DNA of 64,000 nucleotides from contig OZ024752.1 of the NCBI GenBank assembly GCA_964016885.1, positions 11,532,001 through 11,596,000 of the forward strand, in the 5' to 3' direction. This stretch comes from Eledone cirrhosa (Eukaryota). Under the pieces are notes generated by a model, which saw only the letters and a list, made by a program, of their open reading frames with translations, was not told the DNA's origin and made no database searches. Positions 13,082 through 27,453 of the stretch are shown in pieces. Within the stretch, counting starts at the first letter, position 1. Each line of letters opens with the position of its first letter. The translations under genes were made by a program, and so were the position numbers.

Positions 13082-16000
13082 GATAGCAACTAACAGTGCT
13101 GCGATCGAATGTGGCTTTTTAGCCCAGCCAATGATCTAAAATGTCTTGCACAGAGTCGGCAACCAAAACATTTACTGGGAATAGTCGGCTGTGGTTGGAG
13201 TTCGTGTACTTTTGCATGTCGCTTGAGTCCTCCTGCTGATTTACATTCTCTACCACATGTTTGGCAAGCATGATGAGTAGCATCTCCAACAGCAGCCTGG
13301 TAGTCAACCACTGGTCTTACTTTATGACTGCGAAGATGACTTTCGAGTCCAGCTTTGCTTAGGCAGAGTCTCGCACAGACGCTGCATGTCAGAAACATAG
13401 GAGGACCCTCGCCGTCTGGAAGTGCATCAGCAATACCCTTCCTCACGTCCCGCTTTACTTTCTCGTGTGCGATTCGAGATGCCTCAAAGGCAACTTTTCC
13501 CTCATATACAGTCTTTCTCCATTTATTACGATCAGCAGCAATATTTTCCCATGTATCAGCAGAGATGTTAGCGTCTTTCAGAGAGGCTTTCAAGGAATCC
13601 TTATACCTCTTTTTTGGTTTATGTGGCGGTCGTTTTCCTTTAACCAACTCTCCATAGAAGAGTTGTTTTGGTATTCTAGAATCCTTCATCCTGGCAAGGT
13701 GACCACTCCAACGGAGTCGCTGCTTAAGCACAAGAGCTTCTATACTGTCACACATAGAGCTTTCCAAAATCTCGACATCACTGATGTGGTCCCTCCAGCG
13801 AACGCCATGTATCCGTCTGAGACACATCTGATGGAATCGCTTCAATTGCTTAAGGTGGCGTCGATATGTGACCCAGGTCTCGCAGGCATAAAGAAGACAA
13901 GAGAGTACACATGCCCTGTACACCTTTACCTTTGTCCTCCTGCATATGTCTCGCCGACCCCAGAGTCGCCTTTCTAGCTTTCCGAAAGCATCACTTGCTT
14001 TCCTAATCCTAAGTGAGATTTCACTGTCAAGGTTGCCGTATCGATTGACAGTGCTTCCCAGGTAGACAAACTGATCAACCACTCCAAGTCGTCTGCCATA
14101 CACATAGATGTTTGGTTCAGTGTACTGCCTACCAGGTGCAGGTTGGTACATGACGACGGTTTTCTTGAGACTGACAGTCAAACCCAGGGCAGTGCAAGCG
14201 TCAGAAAATACATTCAAAATGTGCTGCATATCACTCTCTGTGTGCGCTACAAGATCGCAATCATCTGCATACAAGAGGTCTCTTATGACTGATGTAAATA
14301 CTTTTGTCTTCGCAGCAAAGCGCCTGATGTTAAATATGCTGCCTGAGGTTCGATATCGGATGTAAACACCATGCTCGCAATTCCTGAATGCAATACAGAA
14401 AACCATTGCAAAGTATATGGCAAACAGGGTCGGTGCTGGAATATCCCCCTGTTTCACTCCATTTTTTACTGAGATAGGCTCCGACATGTTACCTCCGACA
14501 TTAACCCAAGCCTTCATGTCGTCATGGAAAGACCTAACTAAAGCAAGGAACTTATCAGGGCAACCAAGTTTCTGGAGAACCTTCCATAATGCATCTCTGT
14601 TGACAGTATCGAAAGCCTTTGTCAGATCGACAAAAACCTGATACAGATCCAAGCCCTGTTCAATGCACTTCTCCTGGAGCTGTCTAGCTGAGAAGATCAT
14701 ATCAGTAGTGCCGCGTCCAACACGAAAACCAGATTGACTTTCAGGAAGGACACAATCTGCAATGTGTGTCAGCAGACGGTCCAGAAGCACCCTACATAAA
14801 ACTTTCCCCACGACAGAAAGCAATGATATACCTCTGTAGTTCCCACAATCATTCCTGTTACACTTTCCCTTGTACAAGACCACCATTACTGCATCTCTCC
14901 AGTCCTCAGGCACGGATTCATTAGCCCATATCCTTCCAAACAGAGAGTGAAGATGTTGCAGGAGTCTCTCACCACCATATTGTAGGAGCTCAGCATGTAT
15001 GCCATCCATACCTGGAGATCTTCCACTGTTCAGCTTCGAAATAGCCACTGCAACCTCCACAAGTGTCGGAGGTTCTGCGAGAGCTACTTTCACAGGACTT
15101 TCCGGAATGAGATTGAGGAAATCTTCACTGACGACAGACGGCTGATTCAAAAGATCATCAAAGTGCTCTCGCCACCTTCGTAGAATTCCCTGTGAGTCAC
15201 GAAGAAGTTCTTTGCCATCCTTGCTGCGAATCGGTGTCACCAGAGAAGAAGACGGTCCATAAACCTCACGCAAGAGACTGTACAACAGCTTTGTGTTATT
15301 GCAATCAGACGCAGTTTGTATCTCACCAGCCTTCTCACTCCACCACTGATCCTTCATCTGAGAAAGACTCCGCCTAACACGTGATTTTACATCCCTGAGC
15401 TCCTCATGCAACGTATTCCTCTCCTGTGGTTTTGCCGTCAAGTAGCGTGACAGAGCGCGCCTCTTATCAGCCAACAAGTCATCTATATGCACATCTTTCT
15501 CATTAAACCAGTCCTGATGTTTTCTCTGCACCAATCCCAGAACACGTCTGCCTACATCATAAACCGACTTTTTAAGGGTCGGCCAATCCTCACCAAGATC
15601 TGCAGCCTGCATCTCTTCTTCCAATGTCCTCTTCACATTTTTATCCTTAAGACGAGCAGCATTCAATCTTTTGGGCAGGGTAACACCAGGAGCCCGGATT
15701 TTACGTTTGGTGATTAGATTCACTTTTGCGCGTACCAGGCGGTGGTCCGTCCAGCACTCAGCTCCACGAAGAACACGAACACACTGCACATCCTGTCTGT
15801 CACGCATCCTGACTAGGACGTAGTCCAAAAGATGCCATTCCTTAGATGCAGGATGCATCCATGTGGTCTTGAATTTGTTCTTTTGTTGGAACATGGTGTT
15901 GGTAACACACAGATCCAGCTCCTCACACATCTGCAGCAAGAGCATACCATTGCTGTTACACTTTCCCACCCCATGCCTTCCGATTACATTCCATGTGTTA

Positions 16001-16676
16001 AAATCCCTACCCACTCTAGCATTAAAGTCACCAAGCACGATGACTTTGTCTGCCTGAGGGATATTTCTTAAAACACCTTTCAAGGCATGGTAAAAGGACA
16101 GTTTTTCTTCATCGACAGAATTCATAGTTGGAGCATACACACTCACCAGGGTAGCATATCTTCCCTTGTCCAGCGGAACTCTCATGGACATAAGACGCTC
16201 ACTAATCCCCACTGGGAATTCTTCTAATTTATTCACCAGTACAGTCTTAACAGCAAATCCTACCCCAGCCTCTCTTCTGGTTCCTTCATCTCTTCCTTTC
16301 CAGAAGAATGTATATTCTCCACAAAATTCGGTAAGATGACCATCTCCAGCTAACCTCGTCTCAGACAAAGCCACGATGTCAAGATCGTAACGTCGAAGCT
16401 CCTTTGCAACAAGAGCGGTCCTTCGTTCAGGACGCTCCAAAGAATCCCTGTCAAGCAGCGTCCGTACGTTCCAGCAGCCAAGACTAAATGCCCTGTTTGG
16501 CTCTATTACAATGGCACGATGACGGGCGGGCCCAGGTTGTGATAACTTGGGGCCCCTGCCCTTATTGCCAATGATCCTTTTTGTTCCAGAACCCAAATTG
16601 GCAATTATCTCGTTTACATTGTTCTGGAACATCATTGAATTGGAAAAAAAAAAAAAAAAAAAAAAAAGTAATAATA

Positions 16677-16711
<35 letters not shown>

Positions 16712-17014
16712 ACACTATTAATAATTATTAATGCACTCGTGCAATGCCTGTGCGTGACGAATATTTTTAAAGTGAGGAAAGACTGTGCACTGAACCAATC
16801 CCACTCTCTGAGCGACAGTAGCTATAACCCGAAAAGAAGAAAAGATCAACATCATCGGTAACTACTGAGCCGCAGGTTTTATATCGGAGTTAACCCAGTT
16901 TCCTGAGATGCCTTCTCCTAGAAGAATACCCTGACATGGGCTAGGGGTTCTTCACTCCCAGTGGTTTAACTGCGCGATCGGGCATCCAGCCCGATTATTT
17001 CTATGTCCCCGCGC
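12577..17014 (-). mobile_element. Apparently full-length RTE-clade LINE
   Basis: 5' region with ctaggagaagg...gatataaaacc (minus strand, approx. 16875-16921); single ORF; microsatellite-expanded 3' UTR; 3' end ggccatactcgataacgagggggcagccatc followed by (ATGT)n tail. Confidence 0.85.
13090..16635 (-). CDS. RTE LINE polyprotein: APE endonuclease + reverse transcriptase + three C-terminal C2H2 zinc fingers
   Basis: 1181 aa uninterrupted; APE motifs WNVRTL, LSETR, GDFNA, LDY, TDHRLV; RT motifs YRGISLL, FVDLTKAFD, GVKQG, YADD, YLGS; fingers CSVC..HLRSH, CQTC..HAKVH, CRLC..HIRSQH. Confidence 0.96.
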   Translation of the reverse strand: MMFQNNVNEIIANLGSGTKRIIGNKGRGPKLSQPGPARHRAIVIEPNRAFSLGCWNVRTLLDRDSLERPERRTALVAKELRRYDLDIVALSETRLAGDGHLTEFCGEYTFFWKGRDEGTRREAGVGFAVKTVLVNKLEEFPVGISERLMSMRVPLDKGRYATLVSVYAPTMNSVDEEKLSFYHALKGVLRNIPQADKVIVLGDFNARVGRDFNTWNVIGRHGVGKCNSNGMLLLQMCEELDLCVTNTMFQQKNKFKTTWMHPASKEWHLLDYVLVRMRDRQDVQCVRVLRGAECWTDHRLVRAKVNLITKRKIRAPGVTLPKRLNAARLKDKNVKRTLEEEMQAADLGEDWPTLKKSVYDVGRRVLGLVQRKHQDWFNEKDVHIDDLLADKRRALSRYLTAKPQERNTLHEELRDVKSRVRRSLSQMKDQWWSEKAGEIQTASDCNNTKLLYSLLREVYGPSSSLVTPIRSKDGKELLRDSQGILRRWREHFDDLLNQPSVVSEDFLNLIPESPVKVALAEPPTLVEVAVAISKLNSGRSPGMDGIHAELLQYGGERLLQHLHSLFGRIWANESVPEDWRDAVMVVLYKGKCNRNDCGNYRGISLLSVVGKVLCRVLLDRLLTHIADCVLPESQSGFRVGRGTTDMIFSARQLQEKCIEQGLDLYQVFVDLTKAFDTVNRDALWKVLQKLGCPDKFLALVRSFHDDMKAWVNVGGNMSEPISVKNGVKQGDIPAPTLFAIYFAMVFCIAFRNCEHGVYIRYRTSGSIFNIRRFAAKTKVFTSVIRDLLYADDCDLVAHTESDMQHILNVFSDACTALGLTVSLKKTVVMYQPAPGRQYTEPNIYVYGRRLGVVDQFVYLGSTVNRYGNLDSEISLRIRKASDAFGKLERRLWGRRDICRRTKVKVYRACVLSCLLYACETWVTYRRHLKQLKRFHQMCLRRIHGVRWRDHISDVEILESSMCDSIEALVLKQRLRWSGHLARMKDSRIPKQLFYGELVKGKRPPHKPKKRYKDSLKASLKDANISADTWENIAADRNKWRKTVYEGKVAFEASRIAHEKVKRDVRKGIADALPDGEGPPMFLTCSVCARLCLSKAGLESHLRSHKVRPVVDYQAAVGDATHHACQTCGRECKSAGGLKRHAKVHELQPQPTIPSKCFGCRLCARHFRSLAGLKSHIRSQHC

Positions 17015-17237
17015 AAAAAAAAAAAAAAAAAAAAAAAAAATTACTTATTGACACTTATACGTACGACATACACACACACGCATACATATGCGTAGACACA
17101 GCAACACTCATACACACAACAAACACACACACACGCTACTCTACTCACTTACACGCACACACACACACATATATATATATATATTACCGTCATTACTGAT
17201 ACAAGATTACCAGATTATGTCAACTGTTGACTTTCAA

Positions 17238-17703
17238 TACATACATACATACATACATACATACATACATACATACATACATACATACATACATGGTGGC
17301 TGCCAACTCGTTTTCGAGTACGGCCACTACTTTATATCCATGTAGGAGAACCCCTACTGATGCGCTGAACGAGTGTGACTTTTTAGTCCAGCCAGCGACT
17401 TGAAAACTCTGGTACAAACACTACACCTGTGACAATTATTGACACATAGTACTGGGCCCATGGTACCATGTGACGACACGTGCAGAGAGATCTCCAGATA
17501 TAAAGCAATGCCTGTGCCGTGAAGCTTTTATAGTGAGCAAAGGCACTGCACAAAGCCAGTCCCACTCTCTTAACCAAGATGATATTTACCAAAAAGAAGA
17601 ACAAGTCAACATCATTGGATACCATCAGGGTTGCAGGTGTTATATCAGAGTTTTCCTTCTCCTAGAATTCTGCCTTGACAAAGGCTAAGGGGTCATCTCT
17701 CCC
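17238..17703 (-). mobile_element. Non-autonomous bipartite RTE derivative (5' UTR joined to 3' end)
   Basis: Homologous to RTE 5' region 16740-16960 and to the last zinc finger (CSVCTRVFKSLAGLKSHTRS) plus 3' end and (ATGT)n tail; second copy at 26787-27200. Confidence 0.75.
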
Positions 17704-17803
17704 GTATATATAAATTTTGGAATGTTTTACATATTTTTACTGTTCCATTAATGGATTGTACTTGTAATCCATACATACATACATACATACATACATACAT
17801 ACA

Positions 17804-17836
<33 letters not shown>

Positions 17837-18608
17837 GCATATACATACATGTACAGGCACACGTACATACAATCACACATATATTAATGAAACAGTAAAA
17901 AATATGTAAACGTTCCAAAAATTCTGCATCTAATAACTGCATATACACATGTACAGATACAAAGCATATTTTATATACTATAACTTTTTAAAACTCGCTG
18001 ACACGTATGTGTGTGCGCATATGTTTGTCTGTATGTATGTATGTGCATTTGCATGCATTTATATGTATGAGTATATAAATATAAACACGTAAACACAGAC
18101 ACACGAAAATGCACACTCACAATAACACAAATACACATACATTCAGACAAACACACACAACATACACACACATTTACACAAACACATATACACTCACAAG
18201 CATCGCAGCAAATGGCATACCAATGGCAACCACTGTTTTGTTATAGTTTTTTCACCATCCCCTTCCTTCCTTTTACACACAAATACTTTCACACACACGC
18301 GCACACACACACACTCACACACACCGTTTGACGATCAAACGGAAGTGGCTCAAATTTATATATACTAGGATTTTTTCAACGTGCTGAAGCGTATATGGAT
18401 ATTTGTGTACGTGTGTCTTTGTACATATGCATACATTTATATGTATGAGTATATAAATATAAACGCGCAAAGAACGGGGAAAAAACGAATTTTTTACCGT
18501 TCTTTGCCAGGTAATGTTTCCACGAACCAAAGTATCGTCTTCCTGTCTTCCTCCAGTTGCAATGTTTTTTTTAAATATCCACTTCTGCGTTTACAGATTG
18601 ACTTTGTT

Positions 18609-18659
18609 AGTTTCAGAAGATCCCGTTAAGGGTGAAAGCAACGATTCTTTGCTTAAACT
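18609..18659 (+). ncRNA. Hammerhead-like motif with CAGAAGA core (family E)
   Basis: agttt-CAGAAGA-tccc gttaa gggt-GAAA-gca..tgc-TT-aaact; stem I extended by acagattga/ttaatctgt; copies at 43715-43765 and 46550-46600. Confidence 0.6.
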
Positions 18660-18683
18660 TTAATCTGTTATTTTAATAAATAT

Positions 18684-18766
18684 TTGCTCTACGGTTCTTA
18701 TATATCTGATATATATTTATCCTTATCGAGCCCTCTTTGGATTTTAGTCTTCAAATTTATTATTAT

Positions 18767-18844
<78 letters not shown>

Positions 18845-18856
18845 TATATATATATT

Positions 18857-18914
<58 letters not shown>

Positions 18915-19149
18915 TACTGGTAATAAGGTAGTAATAAATTACTGTCTTTCACTATTTAGGGTTTAAAATACATATATACTATAAAAGGTTTTAGTATATA
19001 CACAACCATAAATACTATCCTTATGTAAACAATGATCTTGCAATCACATGTTATATGCCTTGATAAGTCCCACCATGGGGTCGGACGAAACGGCTGTCGG
19101 CAATAAACTTGTTATAATGTCATAATAGTTCCTTTGTTCTTTTTCACTA

Positions 19150-19226
<77 letters not shown>

Positions 19227-19305
19227 TCTACGGTTCTTATATATTTTAAATATATTTATCCTTATCGAGCCCTCTTTGGATTTTAGTCTTCAAATTTATT
19301 ATTAT

Positions 19306-19353
<48 letters not shown>

Positions 19354-19453
19354 TCTACGGTTCTTATATATTTTAAATATATTTATCCTTATCGAGCCCT
19401 CTTTGGATTTTAGTCTTCAAATTTATTATTATTACTATATATATATATATATT

Positions 19454-19507
<54 letters not shown>

Positions 19508-19616
19508 TACTGGTAATAAAGTAGTAATAAATTACTGTCTTTCACTATTTAGGGTTTAAAATATATATAACTATAAAAGGTTTTAGTATATACACAACCA
19601 TAAATACTATCCCTAA

Positions 19617-19672
<56 letters not shown>

Positions 19673-19770
19673 TCTACGGTTCTTATATATTTTATATATA
19701 TTTATCCTTATCGAGCCCTCTATGGATTTTAGTCTTCAAATTTATTATTATTATTATTATTATTATATAT
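18684..19770 (+). repeat. Four copies of the family E 3' end separated by (TA)n
   Basis: ctctacggttcttatata...ttagtcttcaaatttattatt at approx. 18686, 19225, 19352, 19672; also 27331, 43793, 46453(-). Confidence 0.85.
19056..19102 (+). ncRNA. Minimal hammerhead, U3-A8 core variant
   Basis: tgcc-TTGATAA-gtcc...ggac-GAAA-CGGCTG-TC-ggca. Confidence 0.75.
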
Positions 19771-20073
19771 ACATATATAATCTCAATATTTGCAAGATTA
19801 GTTATATTCATGACAAGAAAATAAATATATGTCATAATCACGAGAGAATATTTTCAAACTTCTTCCATTTATTGTTGGATGGAAATATTTAATAAAAGTG
19901 ATTTTTATGAATTGCACGTGTAGCATGGAGTAAAAAACAGATGTATTTCAATGTTACTTGGTATAAATTGTATGTAGTCGGAATGTTTACAAACGGATAT
20001 CACTGATGACACATAGCCATGTATTTTCCCTTCTTTTCTCGGAATATATGTATGTAGATATGTATATATATAT

Positions 20074-20127
<54 letters not shown>

Positions 20128-20331
20128 CGTTTCTGAATTTGTTTAGCAAGATTCTTTATCTGAAAACGTGTGTTGAAACCGATATTGTTATACTTTGGGA
20201 GGGTCATGTTGCCAATAAGAAACACACGCACCAGTTGCTTTCACTTCAATTTATTATAATAAATTTATAAATTTAGGAATTTATAAATTTCTGGTTGGTT
20301 GGTTCCACAACCAGATGGTTGTTTATATATT

Positions 20332-20374
20332 GTCAAAGTTCTTTCGTCACACATTCTGTAACCTCTTCAGTGAC
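20332..20374 (-). ncRNA. Minimal hammerhead (family F)
   Basis: Minus strand: gtca-CTGAAGA-g-gttaca gaatg tgtgac-GAAA-GAAC-TT-tgac. Confidence 0.75.
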
Positions 20375-20643
20375 TGTGGATTCTTTTCTTTGTTTTTGTG
20401 CCTCTCCTTTGTTCTGTCCTACGCCATATATATAACAAAGAAAGTGTGAAAGAACCCAGGTGGTCCACACTTTCTTTGTTCTTTAGCTCTTGCTTCCGTA
20501 GTGGAGCAGTTTTCCACCCATACCTAACAAATCCCGACATTACTACCAAGCTCCAGTTACGGCCGGAGCTCAGCCGTCGGGGTCCTGAAGCTTACCCCAT
20601 ATACACAGATACATGTGTTTGTGTGTGTGAAAAAAAAAAAAAA

Positions 20644-20678
<35 letters not shown>

Positions 20679-20679
<1 letters not shown>

Positions 20680-20849
20680 GGCGGTAGAGGGTCGGACGCC
20701 ATGCTTTGACGCATTCTTTGACGCCCTTGCTACTCTGAGTTCAAATCCCGCCGAGGTTAACTTTGCCTTTCATCCTTACGGGGTCGATAAAATAAAGTAC
20801 CAGTAATGCACTGGTTAATTTCTGGCCTTGTGTCAAAAGTAGAAACAAT

Positions 20850-20850
<1 letters not shown>
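20679..20850 (+). mobile_element. SINE S1
   Basis: B box and central domain. Confidence 0.85.
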
Positions 20851-20882
<32 letters not shown>

Positions 20883-21075
20883 ACATGTTATAGATAATAT
20901 GTATATATATAAACATATATATACATATGTACTTATAAGTCTAAACTCATCCTCTTCCATTTAAAAGGTTTTAAACCTTACAATCAGGCTAATTTTCTTT
21001 AGTCAAGATACGGCGAAAAATTCTAACACAATTTCAAACTTCGCTCGCCGTCTTCAAAACACCACGCTTGCTTTG

Positions 21076-21139
<64 letters not shown>

Positions 21140-21523
21140 TTATATATATATGTATATATATATATATATAGTATTAAGGATACTATTTATGGTTATGTAT
21201 AAACTAAAACTTTTTATAGTTATATATATTTTAAACCCTAAACAGTGAAAGACAGTAATTTATTACTACCTTATTACCAGTAAGATAAATAGCTCAATGT
21301 AATAACATCAGTTGTTCTACAGAGCAGTTATATATATATGTGTGTGTGTGTGCGTGTGTTTATATATATATATATATAATTATATATGTAGATAAATCTA
21401 CCAAGAGTTTACGGTAGTGTCCAATCCGTATGAAGAACTCAATGTAATCCGGATATCATGGAAAGAAGAGATGCATTCAAAAATCACTTTCGGTGAAAGA
21501 TAAACGGAATACAGAGTCAAGAT

Positions 21524-21952
21524 AAAATATTTAAAAAATAATGAATAAAACAATGAAACAGTTCCTTATATTAAACAAAAAAAGTTCATTATTTAACGAT
21601 CGTTTCTAGGATATATATGTGTTAGAATTGGCATGCATATTCAACAGATCTATGTACAAAATTATACAAAATTATACAAACTATCAAAATTAAATATACA
21701 TACCAAACACATATATATGCCGTCTTCAGAAATAATGATTATTTCTGAAGACGGCATATATATGTGTTTGGTATGTATATTTAATTTTGATAGTTTGTAT
21801 AATTTTGTATAATTTTGTACATAGATCTGTTGAATATGCATGCCAATTCTAACACATATATATCCTAGAAACGATCGTTAAATAATGAACTTTTTTTGTT
21901 TAATATAAGGAACTGTTTCATTGTTTTATTCATTATTTTTTTAATATTTTAT
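21524..21952. mobile_element. Fold-back element with back-to-back hammerheads (21587-21737 minus; 21738-21886 plus)
   Basis: attattt-CTGAAGA-long stem II-GAAA-CGATCG-TT-aaataat; palindrome apex at approx. 21737. Confidence 0.8.
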
Positions 21953-22526
21953 ATATAATTATATATATATTATATAGGAAAAAAGTCAGGACCCCGACAG
22001 CTAGTTCAGAACTAGCTGTCTAAACGGCCGGAGTTCAGCCGTCGGAGTCCTGACTTTTTTCCTGTTAACCAATCTACTACCCATAGTATCGAGTACTCTG
22101 GTGCGTTATGGTCCACCTGGTTCCTTACCACACTTCCTTCGTTATATATATGTGTGTGTGTGTGTGTGTCTATATACCTTTAAATGTGTATGTTTTCTTT
22201 ACAAAGGTATTGATTGAGTCTTATTATTTTTCATATTTCTGTACGTACTTCAGACAATAAGGGGAGACAACCGAACAATGAAGTTACTGATGTTGTCTAA
22301 ACAATAAAATAGTTCATTAATCAGATACAGACAGACATAATACCTACATACATACATAGTGTTTGCATAGTAATTCTATGTTAGCCATTATGGGGTTGAG
22401 GTGGACGGTATCTTGAGTAGATAGGGGAGGCCGAAAAGGGAAAGTGGCTGTCGAACACTGTTTGGGGAATACACACACACATATATATATATATATTTAA
22501 TACATTAATGTATTAAATATATATAT

Positions 22527-22942
22527 ATAATATATAAGATCAAAAGATGGTTAAAAGGGTTCCATGTATTTTATTATGCGCATTTCAAAAACAAATATCA
22601 TCATGCAATAACATTTGTGTTTTCGTCAGATAAAATAGGAAGACATGATATGAAGGTTAAAATACACTTGTGAATAGTGCAGTTTTAAATCAACATAGAA
22701 AACTGCACTATTCACAAGTGTATTTTAACCTTCATATCATGTCTTCCTATTTTATCTGACGAAAACACAAATGTTATTGCATGATGATATTTGTTTTTGA
22801 AATGCGCATAATAAAATACATGGAACTCTTTTAACCATCTTTTGATCTTATATATTATTTATACTCCAGTCCTACAAACTGTAGAGTGCTTCTTATCCGA
22901 TATCTGCATTGCTTTATTGTACTACAATAAAACTCACCTCCT

Positions 22943-22945
<3 letters not shown>
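22527..22945. mobile_element. Family A fold-back with hammerheads at 22569-22635 (-) and 22750-22816 (+)
   Basis: CTGACGA core variant in both arms; (TA)n flanks. Confidence 0.85.
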
Positions 22946-23021
<76 letters not shown>

Positions 23022-23255
23022 ATACATTAACAGAGAAAGCTTTAAGCAATACTCCGACCGACTTCCGTCTCACTCACCTAAGGATATACCTTAGTATAAT
23101 CCCAATTATACGTTTGGGGTGCTAACTATACGTATTTTGCGGATAGCCAGTTGTATTATTTTATATGAGACATAATTAAATACATATGCATCAACACATA
23201 TATATATATATATATAATATATAAGATCAAAAGATGGTTAAAAGAGTTCTATGTA

Positions 23256-23322
23256 TTTTATTATGCGCATTTCAAAAACAAATATCATCATGCGATGACA
23301 TTTGCGTTTTCGTCAGATAAAA
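23256..23322 (-). ncRNA. Minimal hammerhead (family A)
   Basis: Minus strand ttttat-CTGACGA...GAAA-TGCGCA-TA-ataaaa. Confidence 0.8.
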
Positions 23323-23721
23323 TAGGGAGACATGATATGAAGGTTAAAAAACACTTGTGAATAGTGCAGTTTTAAATCAACATATGAAAAGTAGTTTTAG
23401 ATTGATGTGTGATATTGGGGAAAAATTGAGGGGGGTGGGGTGGAAAGGATGAAAAAGAGGAGGAGATGAGAGTAAAGAATGGAGGGGGAGGAGTATAATA
23501 AGGAAGGATGAGATAGGAGGAGAGATGGGTGATAGAGAGAGAGAGATAGCTTTTATAACTGAGAAAAATATATTGTTTTACATAGAGAGGTTGAAAAACC
23601 GTTGGAAGATAATGTATAAATTAAAAGAATTTGAAAATTAACGTTCACAGGTCGAGGTATTCCGTACTTCTCTGTACTGTTTCAGAAAGGAGGGGTAATC
23701 ATGCCAATATATGTTTAGAAT

Positions 23722-23749
23722 CCCGAGCAATGCCGGGCCATTCTGCTAG
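23722..23749 (+). mobile_element. Helitron-like 3' terminus
   Basis: cccgagcaatgccggg hairpin then CTAG followed by t. Confidence 0.5.
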
Positions 23750-24229
23750 TCTTATATAAATTTCAATTATTTACTATTCTATACAGTACAAACTAGCTTA
23801 TCATACCAACCCATTCACTCTACTGTCACAATTTTATTTTCTCATAATTAAAATATGAACTGCTCCATTAGACAATTACATTATCAAAGGAAGTCTATCA
23901 TAAGTTTTATATTTGTTTAATTCTTAACACATTAAAAAAAATTAGTTCTTATATTTTGAGAAAAAGATTGAAAGAAAAACAAGAAAATTTGAAACCCGAG
24001 GCACATGATATTGGCTATGACAGATTTGTGGCCATCTTGATGGTGTTTTTTTATCACAGTTGCCAGAATTTGTATGTGTGGAGGAATGTCATTAGGGTTT
24101 CGGTATCTGGTGTGTATGGAGGAACGTCATTAAGGCTTCGGTATACCCATATGTCGTTCTTTGGGTTGATCTTAGGGTCCTGAGCAAAGTTTTTCTCATC
24201 AGAAGTAAACGCAACAAAGCATTCTACGT

Positions 24230-24600
24230 TCTTGATATATCAACGTGCTGAGCAAGTACTTTACGCTGATCTGACGGCCTTTCCAGACATGAATTGGTCT
24301 CTATGTCCCACATATGGCTTGTATCAAACGTCCTCATGTACAAGATCTGGTGTCGGACGTGCAAAAGTCACTCTTGCAAAATGGGGATATTTAAAGGCTG
24401 GGGACGTTGTGTGTGACTGCGGCATCGAACCACAGACTATGCAGCACCTCTTGAAATTCCTCTTGCTGGAACACCCCTGCACACCATTGGACTTGACAGG
24501 GTTGAATGAGAAAGGACAACAATGTGTTCAGCTATGACGGAACCACATCTAGCCAAGCTTAGTAACTGACACTCTTGTGGACACGACAAGAACAAGAAGC
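24230..24600 (+). pseudogene. Decayed non-LTR retrotransposon C-terminus (Ingi/Vingi-like CCHC knuckle)
   Basis: RSGVGRAKVTLAKWGY...CDCGIEPQTMQHLL; clade assignment from motif memory only. Confidence 0.55.
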
Positions 24601-24803
24601 CATAATCAAGAAAACCTATGACCAACTTCTATAACTCTGAGCAGAAGCGAAGAGGTATGTAGTCTTGACAACCAAGTGAGAAATGGTACTACCATCGATT
24701 ACTCCCCTTTGCTTTTGCCGAGACTAAGTAAGTGACATAGTCACTTACTTTTAAATGTTTTTAAATAAACATAGAGTATATTATGAAATATACAATACGT
24801 ACA

Positions 24804-26786
<1,983 letters not shown>

Positions 26787-26787
<1 letters not shown>

Positions 26788-27200
26788 CTTGACAAGGCAG
26801 AATTCTAGGAGAAGGAAAACTCTGATATAACATCTGCAACCCTGATGGTATCCAATGATGTTGACTTGTTCTTTTTGGTAAATATCATCCCGGTTAAGAG
26901 AGTGGGACTGGCTTTGTGCAGTGCCTTTGCTCACTATAAAAGCTTCACGGCCTAGGCATTGCTTTATATCTGGAGATCTCTCTGCACTTGTCGTCCCTTG
27001 GTACCATGGGCCCAGCACTATGTGTCAATAATTGTTACAAGTGCAGTGTTTGTACCAGAGGTTTCAAGTCGCTGGCTGGACTAAAAAGTCCCACTCGTTC
27101 AGCGCATCAGTAGGGGTTCTCCTACATGGATATGAAGTAGTGGCCGTACTCGAAAACGAGTTGGCAGCCACTATGTATGTATGTATGTGTGTATATGTAT
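26787..27200 (+). mobile_element. Second copy of the bipartite non-autonomous RTE derivative
   Basis: Reverse complement of 17295-17685 with scattered substitutions; (TATG)n tail. Confidence 0.75.
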
Positions 27201-27235
27201 GTATGTATATGTGTATACGTATGTTTGTATGTATG

Positions 27236-27266
<31 letters not shown>

Positions 27267-27411
27267 GTATATACATATATATATGTATACATATATATAT
27301 ATATATTTATTTAAAAAACAGATTAAATTTGCTCTACGGTTCTTATATATTTGATATATATTTATCCTTATCGAGCCCACTTTGGATTTTAGTCTTCAAA
27401 TTTATTATTAT

Positions 27412-27453
<42 letters not shown>

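Noticed and set aside
13119-16071. Short ORFs overlapping the RTE ORF
   Set aside because: Antisense or alternative-frame shadows of the LINE ORF
22219-22262. Minus-strand CTGAAGT...GAAA with 8-bp stem I
   Set aside because: A9 and the UH site are both absent and stem II is unclear
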